Shown in pieces: positions 13,603-26,599 of a stretch of 64,000 bases of DNA. Both the position numbers and the translations under genes were made by a program. The stretch is from the human T2T-CHM13v2.0 reference genome, Homo sapiens: assembly GCF_009914755.1 (NCBI RefSeq), contig NC_060935.1. One strand, written 5' to 3'. How positions within the stretch are numbered: position 1 is the stretch's first letter; each line of letters starts with the position of its first letter. The notes beneath the pieces were generated by a model that worked only from the letters and a program-made list of their open reading frames with translations, ran no database searches and had not been told where the DNA came from.

Positions 13603-15284
13603 AGAGCTTGCATTTGAATAGGCCTTGAAACTTTTGTCACATCTGTAATTGCCTCAGATCACCCTAATAAGGGGAGAAGGGAAGGGGAGCTATTTTTATC
13701 TTATAGGTAGCAAAATCAACTTCCCAAGACCATGTAGTAAGTTGGAGGGTGGAACTTGAACCCAAATCTCCTGACTTCTGGCCGGCTGCATTCCCACCAA
13801 ATATACAATGGTACCGTTAAATGGTACCATTATCTTATGTTCCCATGGCTTATTGTGGCTTGTCAAAGGCCATCACGTACATTATCTCAGTTGCTTATCA
13901 ACAACAACAACGCTGTACTATGGGTAGGCAGGTTCATTTATTTCCAGATGGAGAAGGTTCAGAGAGGTTAAATGCCTTACCCCAGCTCATACAGCTTATG
14001 CATGGGAGAGGAGGAAAAAAAATGTGGGTCCTCTTGTACCCCCTGAATCCCCTTGTGCCAAGCTAGCTCCTAAGCAACCACTCTGGGCCCTGGCCAGGAT
14101 CACTCATATGGCCTCTTTGAAGTGACTCCCTTCAGGACTATATTTAGTAAACAAGTTCATGATGATCAGAGAGGAATTGAGAAGGCCCAGGCCTTAAGGT
14201 CAAGACAAGATACACCTGTCCTAACTCAACCAGATGGTATAGTAATAAATAGAACCTAAGTTCCAATCTCAGTTTAATCTCCTATTAACTGTGTGACCCT
14301 CAGCAAGTTGCTTGATATCTCTGAGTCTCACTTTCATTCATTCATTCATTTATTCAACAGAAAGGTGTATGAAAGTGCCTACATTAAGCATTATTATTGT
14401 TGTCTGAAGTACCTCCATTAAGCCTACATTTCTCAGGTGGGAATAATAACAAGGTTGTTGTGCAGAATCAAGGAGATTTACGTAAGCAGAGCACATGGCT
14501 GAGTGCCCAGAATGCAAAGGTGATCAATAAGTGTTTGCAAAACCTGAGTCTGAAGCCGAAGGACTTACCCTGCCTTGGGGTTACGGTGGCCTCCCTAGAA
14601 GAAGCTGGATCCTGGCACTGCTGAGTGCAAAGAACAATCATCTAAATGTACATAAAATATGAAATGTTATAGTGCTGCGTGCACACCCACAGATGCAGGC
14701 AAAGATGTGAGGAAATCCCTCGAGGCTTTAAAAATGAATCTCTTTTTACCTACTTGAGAGGGAACAAAGTGGCAAAATGACAGCCCTGTGTGATTCTAGG
14801 CAGGAGTGAGAGCTGTGAGCAGGCAGGATTGCCAGGGCTCCCCCTCAGCGGCAGGGCGTGCAAGTTCCAGGGATGACACCCAGGTGAGCCTGTGGGCCTC
14901 CAGGACTGGTCTATAGGAAAGGGCCTGAGGGCTCACTGACTGCAGCCTGGAAGGAATCTGAGCCACAGAGAGGGGAAAGGACTTGGCAAAGTTCATTTCA
15001 TCCCTGCTTACACACCAGGCACTGTGCTATGCCCGTTCCCATCGCTGTCTTGACTCTGAAACAGAATAGCACAGTGGTTAGGAGCACATGCTTTGGGGAT
15101 GCAGAAAGCATGGGTTTACATCCCCATCTTGGTACTTAGCAGCATGTGACTTTGGGGACATTCATGACCTAAACTTGCTAAGATTCAGGACGTTTAAAAT
15201 CTGTAAAATGAGTACAAAAATAACTCCCTCTTAAAGATAGGCTGAAGGTTAAATGAGATTCTACAGGCAATGTTCCTGGTGCAT

Positions 15285-16180
15285 TCACTTAACTCGATTT
15301 TATTGAGCATCTGTGATAAGCTAGGCACTGTGCCAGGCTCTAGGGATAAAAGGGCAGTCAAAGCTGGCCATGATCCCTACTCTCATGAAGCTTATTATCT
15401 AGTAAGAAAGATAGGCGGTAAGCAATGGTCACATCGATGAATGTTTGGAAGGAAAAGAACGTGGTTCTGGGAGGAGTCCGACTTTGAGGGATTAGCAAGG
15501 AAAGGCTTCCTGGAGGAAGGGACCTTTGAGCTGAAGCCTGAGGGGATTAACAGATGTAAAGTAGATCAAGATTCAGCAAATTTTTTTCTATGAAGGTCCA
15601 CGTGATAAATATTTAGACTTTGCAGGTCACATGGCTCTGAGCAAATCAGCTTTTGTAGATGAAAGCAGTCACAGTGCACGAATGAATGGGCGAGGCTACG
15701 TTCCAATAAAACTTTATTTCAGAAAATAGGGAGTGGGCTGCATTCCACCTGCAGTCCCGGGCTTGCCAACTCCTAAACTAGCTGAAAGGGGCTGGGGGGC
15801 AGGGGTTCATGTGGCAAGGAGAGTTCCAGACAGGGAATGGCATGTGCAAAGGCTGTGGCGGGAAGGAGCCTGTTGCACTTGAACGCGGGAGGAAGGTAGG
15901 TGTGGCTGCAGCACAGGTAAAGCTGGACCGAAGAGCATGAGAAGAGGATGGAGAGTGGGCAAAGGACAGACCTCATGGGGCTTTGCAGGCCATAGTAAGA
16001 GTTTTGGTCTCTATCCTTAAGCCAACATGGGAAAGAATTGAAGGGTTTTAAGCAGGGACTGGCGTGTATGTGAGATTTGGTAGTGACGACTGGCTGCTGC
16101 TGTGTGAAGAACAGAACAGGGAGGCCCAGAGTGAATTCTAGTCCCAGGCAAGATCAGTGGGGATTTTGATTAGGGTGGAG
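15285..16180 (+). mobile_element. L2 LINE fragment interrupted by MER58A
   Basis: tttattgagcatc...ggaaaggcttcctggaggaagggacctttgagctga...ttccagacagggaatggcatgtgcaaaggc. Confidence 0.7.
15567..15775. mobile_element. MER58A (hAT-Charlie)
   Basis: cagcaaattttttcta...taaatatttagactttgcaggtc...gttccaataaaactttatt...gcttgccaactcct. Confidence 0.8.
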
Positions 16181-17327
16181 GCTGGGGAGGGGTGAGGCTC
16201 GAGGAAATTAACTGACTTGCTCAGGGTCACCCACCTGTGGTCATAGTGCCAGGTACTAATGGGGGTCTCCTGATGCCAGGTGACACACTGCAGCCTCTGT
16301 CAGGAAGCCCCAGAGGACCCCTGTGGTCCTGGCCCCTGGGTGCAGGACTTTCTGCAGTGCATTGCCGCAGAAGTGACCAGCTTGCTTATATTGACCTGGG
16401 GTCACACGACAGACCAAATCCAAGTCCCTGACACTCATTCAGTTGTACAGTCATCTCCTTTCCAAAGGACTATGGGTAGCCCCTACTGATGCCACGGAAC
16501 CATTCACTACAACCCTGTGGCCCTATCAGCCCCCTTGTCTAGGCTCTCCTTAAAATTCTTTCAAGCTTGGTCCCTGGCTGCTCTACCCAGGGGTCCTAGA
16601 AAGACAGAGGCTCAGAGACAGCAGTCGTAATAGGAGCAAGAAGTGATGGCTCACAGTGAGAAAAGAAACAGACACTACGAGAAAGCAGACAAATTAACGT
16701 ATAAAAGCGCAGAACTGCAGGCAGTGGCCCTCCACATTTCAGTAACCCCAAGGGTAGCACTGTATCAAGGCACAGTGTAATAACTGGCTTCGTAATGATA
16801 ACACTGCATATTAAGGTAGACAGGCTCCCTGTTCAAGAGGACAGAGGAACATAATAATTCCTTTAGAAAGGAGTTTTGGAAACAATGGTTTTGAATAAAT
16901 AATTAAACTCTCCCAAATTTTAATGCCTCAGGAGCAAGATCATTATTAATTTATATCCACCTGTGTCCCTTGGGGATGTTGGGTAAATGATACATTCTAT
17001 GTACGTGCAAACACATCCCATATCGGTTATATTTACCTAAATTTTAATATTTGACTAAGCAGTCCTATCATAAAATGTTTCTTGTAATGGCATTAAGAAT
17101 CTGTAGGTAGAAGGACTATACATTTGTTTTAAATATTGTGGAACCAATTAAGCAGCCATTGGCCTTGTCTGGAATCCTATTTTTTCTACTCACCAGCTCT
17201 GCGAGTTAGGTAAATTATTAACTTATCTGGACCCTGCTTTCCTTATGAATACAGTGGGGGTGGGAATGGGATTAGTATGCATCACCTTCTAATGCCCAGC
17301 ACAGAGCCCCTGTGAGTATGGCGGGCA

Positions 17328-17535
17328 CCAGTCATGTGCTAGAGCTGGCTTGCCCCAGCCTGCAAGAGTCCGTTGTACACATCCGTTCCCAGCTCTGTGC
17401 TTGGTGACATCATGTTGGCAGCTTTAAATCAGCCATAGCGGGTGTGTTTACACCACAGAAATTGGCAAATGCTACACATGAGGGTCTTTTTTTTTCCCCC
17501 CAGGAGAGCCAGTTTGTAAACATTTCCTAACTGAG
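17328..17535. mobile_element. MER63A (hAT-Blackjack)
   Basis: ccagtcatgtgctagagctggct...tttacaccacagaaattggcaaatgctac...ggagagccag. Confidence 0.7.
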
Positions 17536-17879
17536 CATGGGCGGGCACTGAAGCACTGTTAATCTCTGCACCCTAACCTTTCTCTGTCATCCTGTTTGTC
17601 GTCTGAGTTGGTCTTTTTGCTCGGCTCTAGAATTTCTGATTTAGTCATTCTGGGGTAGGGCCCAAGAATTTGCATTTGTTTTCAGTTTTAATTTTGTTTT
17701 TCAAATGTCCATCTCAGAGAAGAAGAGAATTTGCATTTCTAATGCTGATACTGTTGGTCTGGGAACTATACTTTGAGACACCGTCCTAATCTGCCTAATC
17801 AACTAAAGCCCATAGTGTGAAGCCTTTCACAGAGCACACAGGAGATCCCACCTTCTGCCTTGGGCAATGGTATTAAAAA

Positions 17880-18070
17880 CTAATAAGGGTTGACACAGTA
17901 CCTTGCACATACACCATCTCCCTTAATCTTAAGAACCCCTATGAGGTAATAATTACTATTTTAATCCCCATTTTATAGATGGGGGAAACAGGCTCAGAGG
18001 GATTCGGTAACTTACCCAAGTTCACGTAGCTCATCAGCAGAGAAGCCGGGTTAAACTCCTGTCCAACTTT
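17880..18070 (-). mobile_element. MIR
   Basis: atccccattttatagatgggggaaacaggctcagaggg...taacttacccaag. Confidence 0.75.
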
Positions 18071-20731
18071 GCGTTGCTGGTTCTGGTTGTGCAACACCCA
18101 AGGATGAAGTCCAGCTCGAACTCTGCATTCCCAGGGTGCAGTGGCAGGGCCACATCAGCCCAGAGGGGTGCTTTTTTCTTATCTGCATTAAGATGCTGTT
18201 TGTAGGCTAGCAGCGGCCCTGTCCAAATCCATACCTTCTCCTCCTTCACTGCAACCCCTGGGGCCTCTAAACAGTGGAAAGGCAGAGCAAGTGAGAGAGA
18301 CAGAAAGTATAGAGGGAGCCAAGGAGAGACATTATTTGAAGCAAAATCAAGCCTGCACATGTGGGCATGTGGAAGCGGCTTACAAAACAGCTGTTCCTAC
18401 AGGAGGTTTGGGGGGCAGGTGTCAGCAGGGTGGAGCAAAGGGATTTGGCCGGAGGCAGAGCCACAGATTGTCAGTGATGAAAGAGCTATGTCTCCTGCCC
18501 ACTCCTGGCACGTGTGTGGCTTCGAGGGTGCCCAGTGGGTGGGGCAATTAGCCTGTATCCCAGGGCGCCTGGCTCTGAATCTCCCTTTCCCTCCCACTGC
18601 CTTTCTGCAATTAGATTGCACTGGGTAATAGCTGCCAAGCCGCTTTGTTGGATCTGATGAGTTTATTAATTTCTTGGGGGCTAATGGGAGGGTGGGTGGG
18701 GGATTCATTTCCTGACTGGAGCTTGGGGGCTAATTAGTCTCTTTGCCGTGTCCCCAGAGGAGGGAGGTGGGAAGGTGCGTTGCTCAGGCTGTTGGATCTG
18801 GCTCTGGGTGTATAGTTCCTACCCCTGGCTTTTACCTGTCTCATGGCTTGGGTCAGACCAGGGAGTCTGGGGCCGGGGCTTCTTTTAGCAAGTGATTGGT
18901 GAGGATTAGATCCCTTGAGAACAGTGGCGGTGGGAAAGTGGGTAGCGGGGAGCTGAGGTCTTACTGGCTCTGTTGGTATGAGGTTTAGGATGACAGAAAG
19001 GACTCTAAGGAGTTCAGTCCTGTTCCATACATCCCAGTGCTGACATCTAGCCCAATTGCTCTTTCTGTTCTTTCTGCCTAAATATAGCCCCTCCCAGTCT
19101 AGGAGTCCATTGGGAGCCAATTCTATCCATTTTTCAGACAGGGAAACTGAGCCTCTTTGAGGACAATAATTTCACCTGGCTTTGTGGAGTGTCAAGACCA
19201 AGGAGAAGAAAGCTATGTATTTGGACTTCTTAATGGAATGGCCCTAGAAGCCATTCCCCGGTTAGCCTGGCCTGCTTAAGTGAAGGGCACATTCGTATCC
19301 CCACCCCAAGAGACAGCAGCAGAAACAAGAAAGATCACAGAATTAGGAGTCAGACAGATCTAGGTTCAAGCCCGTGCTACACCTGCCATCCGGGGAACCT
19401 TAGGCAAGCCATTAAACCTCTCTGAGCTTCAGTTTCTTCATAACTAAAACAGAAACACATGTAACTACTCGAAAGGGTTGATGGGAGAATTCAGAGATGA
19501 TAGGCTTGACACATCTAACACATCAGGTGTCCAGTAACTATTACCCTTTCCCCATTCATTTGGAAACCTTAACAGCTCATCCCTCACCCATGCAGAGAGG
19601 AGGAGGAAGGGGAATCTCAGGCCATAACATGGCCTGGCTGGTCCCTTTAAGAGACAATAGGAGCTCCCAAGGCCAGAGGAGGGCTCGGAGAAAGAGAAAG
19701 TGCCTTCCGCCCTAGCCTCACCAACAACAGCAATCTGCTGATAGACAATGGTTTTCCCTCGCTTCCAAAGCCAGGCCCAGAGCAAGGGCACAAGCATAAG
19801 TATAAGACCAGCACCTGCTGTCCTGAGCCACACAGGCTGCTCATGGGGAAGACACATAGGTAAACAAGCATGTGCAATTGAATGGTGGAGGAGTCAGACA
19901 GGATGACCAGGCAGGCTTCCTCAGGAAGATTCATCTGGGCTTAAGAGTGCAGGGCTTAAAGCTCAGGCCTCTCAGCTGACAGGCTCTGTGACCTCAGGCA
20001 AGTTGGGTGGGCTCTTTTGTTTTGGCCTCAGTTTCCTTATCTGTAAAACGGGGCTTGTTGTATGGATGTGTATGAGGCCTTGCTTGTAAACTGAAAAGGA
20101 ACATGAACACACACAGAACCATGCTGCCCTTGCAGAGATGGGGACAGCTGCCCACCCTTTTCCAGGTGGCATTCTTGCAGGGCGTGGACGGGAGCATTTG
20201 GTCATCTCCCCTTTTCCACAGGAAAGGCCCAACTGTAGAGACCATAAGGCTCCTGCCTGGAACTGGAGGCCCACGAGAGCTCCCAGCTGATGGTCTGGGG
20301 TGGGCCTGGCTGGCCCTGCCATCCACACTCTCCACCTTCTCCAGACTGTGAAGCAGGGAGCCACTCCCTCTCACTCTCAGTCCTCTGGCCCCATAGGGTG
20401 GGGGCGGCGAGAAAGGGTGAAACATGTCTTTACTGTTGCTGGAAATTCCATAAAAGAACCCAGAGCCCAGTTCTGCGGAATAGAACCACATGGCATCTGT
20501 GGAACTTGTGTGGGTCTTCCAGGGAAGCTGCTGCTACTGCCTGCAGAAGCCTGGCAGAGAAAGGTGTGTGCATTTCATTGCGTTTTTAGCCAGTCGTCTC
20601 TCCTGGCTGCCCACCTAAAAACACTCAGCAACAGCAATGATTTGCCAGGGGCTCCAGCTAGTAGAGATATATTGGGATTTTATGTATATAGATATGTGTG
20701 TGTGTATTTTTGTATGTATAAAAAGAGTTCT

Positions 20732-20865
20732 GGCCAGGTGCAGTGGCTCACGCCTGTAATCTCAGCACTTTGGGAGGCCAAGGCGGGAGGATTACTTGGG
20801 TCCAGGAGGTCAAGACCAGCCTGGGCAACATAATAAGACCCCATGTCTTATTAAAAAAATTAAAA
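20732..20865 (+). mobile_element. Alu left monomer (FLAM_C/AluJ-like)
   Basis: ggccaggtgcagtggctcacgcc...gggaggattacttgggtccagg...gggcaacataataagaccccatgtc followed by an A-rich end; no right arm. Confidence 0.85.
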
Positions 20866-20999
20866 GGAGACATCCGTTGGGAAAAACAAGCAATCTAAAA
20901 ACCCATTGCTGTTGAGTTTAGATTTAGGTAACTTACCAGAATGAAGAACTGAGTAAGTTGTGGATTTTTTTCACCTGGAGTTCTTTGAGACAATGAGAC

Positions 21000-21385
21000 A
21001 GACAACAGTAATGTATTGTACATTTAAAAACTTGGTAAAAGAGTACATCTCGGCCGGGCGCGGTGGCTCATGCCTGTAATCCCAGCACTTTGGGAGGCCG
21101 AGGTGGGTGGATCTTGAGGCCAGGAGTTTTGAGACCAGCCTGGCCAAGATGGTGAAACCCCATCTCTACCAAAAATACAAAAATTAGCTGGGGATGGTGG
21201 CAGGCACCTGTAATCCCAGCTACTCGGGAGGCAGAGGTTGCAATGAGCCGAGATCGCACAACTAGACTCTAGCCTGGGTGACAGAACAAGACTCCTTCTC
21301 AAAAAAAAAAAAAAAAAAAAAAAAAAAGAGTACATCTCATATTAAGTGTTCTTATCACAATAAAATAAAAACAAAATAAAGGAAA
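21000..21385 (+). mobile_element. L1M 3'UTR fragment split by an Alu
   Basis: aatgtattgtacatttaaaaacttggtaaaagagtacatctc|Alu|atattaagtgttcttatcacaataaa resembles an L1MA/MB 3' end. Confidence 0.6.
21052..21327 (+). mobile_element. AluS with about 32-bp right-arm deletion
   Basis: Perfect TSD aaaagagtacatctc; reads tactcgggaggcagaggttg, lacking tgaggcaggagaatcgcttgaacc. Confidence 0.93.
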
Positions 21386-22231
21386 CAAAACACAATAGAG
21401 AGAGAAAACGAAAGACAACGTGGAAGGAAAGCAGCATGTATTGAGTGCCAGGTTAAATACATTCTTACAATGACCCAATGAGGTTTCTATTATTATCCCC
21501 ATTTTTTAGATGAGAAAACATGCTCAGAGAGGTTCAGTCACTTTTCTAAGGTTTCACTGTTGAGATCTGCGTTCCTGGGTCTGGATAAATAATGGAACAC
21601 CCACTGGCACATACATGAGAAGCTCCGAGAAGGCAGGACAAGCATTATCATCCCCATTTATACATGGGGAAACTGGGGTTCTGAAAGATGTGAATAACTT
21701 GCCTGAGTTCTCACAGCTAATAAATGAGTCCATCTGGACTAGACCTGTTTAGGTTCATTCATTCATTCATTCTTTCAGCCATCCAGCAAATGTTTATCAA
21801 AGGGCATAGTTCTCTCCAGTATAGCCTTCTGGTTCTTATTTTGATAATCAGAAATGATTGAAGGCAGGCCGGATCAAAAGAACTCCGCAGCCCATCCCTG
21901 CCTCAAAATAATGTGATTCCACATGTTCCATTCCTTTCTGTGTGAGAGAACTTCACCAAACTGCATTCATTCCTGATTTATTTCTCCATTTTCCTCTCCC
22001 ACCTCTCCCCCACATCTTTATTCCTTTCTTCCCTGACTGTTACAGCCCCCGTTTCCCTCAGCCCCCCAACCCTGGGAAACAGTCTCCCTTCTGCAGTTCA
22101 GCCCCCGGCTCCGTACTCCACACCCCTCCCTGCTCACATGCAGCCCAGCCAGAGGCAGAGGTCAGCCTCTTGGCTCCTTCCAGCTCTGGAGGCCACCATT
22201 TCTTCCCAGTCCTCTCCGTTGGTCTCCTCAG

Positions 22232-22339
22232 ATCGGCCAGTGGCACGTGGCAGAGGGCCTCAGCATGGACAGCCACCTCTATGCCTCCAACATCTCGGAC
22301 ACTCTCTTCAACACCACCCTGGTCGTCACCACCATCCTG
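22232..22339 (+). CDS. GRIK4: GRIK4 coding exon (recalled as exon 12), 108 nt, phase 0/0: [36 protein letters not shown]; end of amino-terminal domain and linker into S1
   Basis: Pyrimidine-rich acceptor ggtctcctcag|ATC, donor CTG|gtaagt. The LxVTTIL motif is typical of kainate receptors and joins in frame to ENPY of the next exon. Sequons NIS and NTT. This frame is not in the ORF track. Confidence 0.95.
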
Positions 22340-22834
22340 GTAAGTGGGCTCTCCTAGGCTCCCAGCTGCAGCATCCTGGGGTGCCTCCCCGGCTCTGAGC
22401 ACTCACAGGCTGCCCCTTGAACAGAAGATGGGAGCTCTAATCACAGCACTGAGCCCAATTTATGACAGCGTAATTACACTCAAGTTGCTGTTTCATATGG
22501 AAATGATATTTGATGAGTTCCAGAGCAGGTGGGGGGAGGGTTGGGGTGGAGAGACACCACAGTTTGTGGATGCCTCTTGGAGGCACCCTGTCAGCTGGGG
22601 CAACTGTGCAGGAGGAAGGGAAGGGGACCTGTGACACAGAGCGGGCAGCTGGATCCAGACCCTGCGGACCCCTGCCCCTTCCCAGCAGCCCACCTTGCTG
22701 GGTGCCTGCTGTGTACAAAACAGGACCCTCCCCCACCACATCCTGAAGCGGACATGGGAATGTCAGTGGGTTTACATGGTCTGTTTCTTCATTTCCAGGT
22801 GGTAAAAAGAGAGTTCTCAATCTATAGGGCAAGA

Positions 22835-23169
<335 letters not shown>

Positions 23170-24079
23170 TTATTTGATTCTCCTCTATTCAGTAATTGCC
23201 AAGTTCACCCTCCCTTCCCTGTCCCCCTGCCATGTGCCAGGTGCTGTACCCAGTCCTGGAGACCAAAGATGAGTAGGACTCAGCTCTGTTCTCTATCCTG
23301 AGGTTGTAAGTTAGTAGATGGGATAAGTCAAGTGCATACATGGCCAAGGTATTATTTGTCTTCCCCTCTGAAGACCTTATGTTTAAAAGATTTGTCAATT
23401 AAACCAACTACATGTATTAAGCAGTAATTAGTTTGTTCCTCCCCTCCCCCTTTTAACTAATCTAAAGCACTTTTCCCTGCCTGGCCCAGCATCTTATTAG
23501 CAGGAGATAGCCAGTGGAACCTCAATGATATCATTGCAGCCCAGAGCAAAGAGGCGATGCATGAGTTCGCCTCCTCAGCCTTATCATTGCTAACTGTGCA
23601 AGGTCTGCAAATGTGTCCATGTCTTTTAGGCTTTTGGAGATAATAAAAAGAGTTCAAGGACCTCCATCACTATCTTTATGAACTCCTGGGGCCCAGGCGC
23701 CCTGGGCTGAAATGATTGATCTACTATAAACAGAAAGAGATAAAAGCTGGAAAGAGACACACACCTAGGACTGTGGGGTTTCAAGGAGAGAGAGGTCCCC
23801 TCCCATGGGGAGGTCAGCAAAGCCTTCAGGAAAGAAGGGGCATTGACGATGGGCTCTGAAAGACAGGGAATGAGTGGGGAGGAGAGGTCAATGAAGGAGG
23901 GCATTGTCGGGTGTTCAGGAAAAGCTGAAAGGTACAGGTTTTCCTGAGAAATAGACACTGGTAAGAAAGGGAAGAGGCATAAGCCAGAAAAGTGGGTTGG
24001 GTCCATAGAGCTTAGGAACTTGAATGCCAGGCTACTAAGTTTCCCTTCACTGTTAGGAGATGGGGTCACTGAACATTTT

Positions 24080-24470
24080 CATTCATTCATTTATTTATGT
24101 GATGACTGTTTATTGGGTGCTGCTATATGCTGGGCACTGTTGTAGGTGCTCAGAGTGCATCCATGAACCAAAAAGACAAGAATCCCTGCCTGTAAGGAGC
24201 TTACATTCCAGCAAGGAATGTGTGATAGACAGTAAAAAGCAATGTTGTCAAACAATGAATTAGAAGGCAGCAAGGCTGAGGAAAAAGAGCTGGAGCCGGG
24301 AAGGGCCTGGGGTGCTGAGAGGGTTGGTGATGTTGATACCCAGTGGTCAGGGTGGCCTCTCCGAGAAAGGGAGCATTGAGCAGAGACCTGGTGGAGGTGA
24401 GGACGCAGCCAAGTAGTTGCCGGGGGAGGGGTATTCTTGGCACAGGGAGCTGTCGAAGCAAGGACTGAGA
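24080..24470 (+). mobile_element. L2 3' fragment
   Basis: attcattcatttattt...tttattgggtgc...gggcactgtt...ggagcttacattccagc. Confidence 0.65.
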
Positions 24471-26599
24471 GAGCAGTTCCAGCCCCCAGGGTTTCACCCA
24501 CGCCCATCTCTGCTCAGCCTTAGCTTATCTGAACCAGTGTGAAAATGCCAGAAAGATGAGAGGGTTGCGGTGTCGCTGTCCAGCAGAGAGCTGGGAACAG
24601 CCTGGCTGAGTCCACTTTGGGGGAGGGGGTGCAGCACCCAGTGTGATTGCTGGGACCTCCTTCCCGCTGTCTTCTTAGTCTCTAAAAATCTTCTGGATCT
24701 GTCCTCTTCTATCCATCCGCAAAGCCCCTGCCCTAATCCAGGATCGGGGCCCCTCTACTTCTTTCTCTGGAGCCGCTCCATACTCTGCTGGCAGGCTCCC
24801 TTCTTTGTCTGCCTGTCCCCCGACCCTCCTGTCAGCGTGGTCATTTGAAAATCAGAATTGGCCTGGCATTTCCTTCCTTACAATCCTTCAGCCACTGCCC
24901 AGGCCCTGCTGCCCCTTACCTTGGGACATAACCCTTGTAACCAGGCCCAGCCCACCTCGCCTTCTCCTCCCCATGCAGCATGGGGTCTAGTGGATGGCTC
25001 AAGACCTGCTCGCTGCATCCTGCCCCTCCCTGCCTTGGCACATGCTGTTCCTTATGCCTGGGTTACCCTTCCCTCTAATTTCTGTTTCCAGCTGGAAATG
25101 TCTATGCATCCTTCAAGGCTCTGCTCAGATGTCACGTCTCCCACGAAGCCTTCCCTGCTCTAACTCCTGTCCTCTCCTTGTCTCCAGCATTTTTCCCTGC
25201 CCCCTCCCATTTCTCTTATTAGAGGTCGTTATTTAAAGCTTTACCTCCCCTTCTAGGATGAGAGCTCCTCGAAGGTAGAGGGGCTGACACAAAGTAGGAG
25301 CTCAATAATTAGAATCTGAGTGAAGGAATTCCTTCCTACAGGGTAGGGGTGTCCCTTAAAAGCCAGCAAGACTTTGGGAGGGAGATGGGGAAGTGGCTGG
25401 GCTGTACTGCCAGCCTCTCAGAGCCGGGAATTACACCGTGCTTGGAGTTCTGGCACAGATCCACAGCTACGCCAAGTCCACAGGGTCCTGTTGCTAGTCT
25501 GGGAAAGTCACCCTGATTTGTGCATGTGTGCACGTGTGCTTATTCACATACGTGCACGTGCTCATGAGGGGTGGGGTGCAGGCCGGACACTGGTGTGTGA
25601 GGTGACATTTAACAACATGGTAAGTACAACTCAAACAACTATTAGCCTTGGTTCTTTTCTTGCGCGTGTGTGCCTACAGTGGCTGATCCAATTCGATAGC
25701 TCTTACCAGGAATGACGATCTTAATTCAGTTCCCAGGTGACCATCTGTGGGTTTTCCCTGGCAAATGGTAATCCCGAATGATTTATCCCTTAAAACTCAG
25801 CACACATTCATGTTGTCTCCCCGCTCTGGTCAGGGCACACTTGGGGACGTGTGGATGGTTTATTGGTTAATGCCAGCAAACATGGAATTGGCTGCCGCTC
25901 CCATTCCCTGAACACCTTTTCTGTATCAGACCCCGTGTTCAGCGGTTTGCCACATTCTCACCTCGCGTTCACAGCACCCCTGCTCCAGGCTAGCACTCAA
26001 CACCCCAGCATTCTCCAAGGTGCCAGTGAGCCCTAACCATCCCCATCCTTGGGCTTTCCAACGCGTCTCCAAGACCGGCCTTGTGTCTGTTCACTTTGAA
26101 TATGTCAATAAGTTTTAAATTAACTTGAGAGTAGTGAGTATTTGGGGAGAAGAATTTGTGACACCCCTTGGGACAATCAAAGATACAATGGGACATTACC
26201 AGTCCTGAGATGGAAACCCCCAGCCATGCCCTGTCCAGGAAGCCATTTGTTTGCTTCTTACTCACATGATCGGCAAGTGCTTAATGCTGAGCCAGGTAGG
26301 GGAACCAAGCAGGTGACGAGTCTGTCCCAGGACCCACTCCCATTCTACCTAGAGCAGGCGCAAATCGGAAAACATTGGAGGGTGATTGTGTGGGCCCTGG
26401 CATGAGAGCAGGGGAGTTCTGAGACATGGGTTGGCACAGAAGGAGGCAGTGTGACTCTGCGGACAAAGATGACTAGGTGAGGTGGAAGATGGGGGAGTGT
26501 GTGGAGAGTTTGTGCAGGGAGAAGCCCTTGTGCTGAGGACGGCGTGTGTGGAAGGCAGGCTGACCGTTCCTATCTCATTGACGTGACAGTGGACTCATC

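Noticed and set aside
21942-22398. ORFs overlapping the first GRIK4 exon (21942..22343, 22138..22398, 22058..22402)
   Set aside because: Wrong frames or strand; the true frame starts at 22232 (IGQW...).
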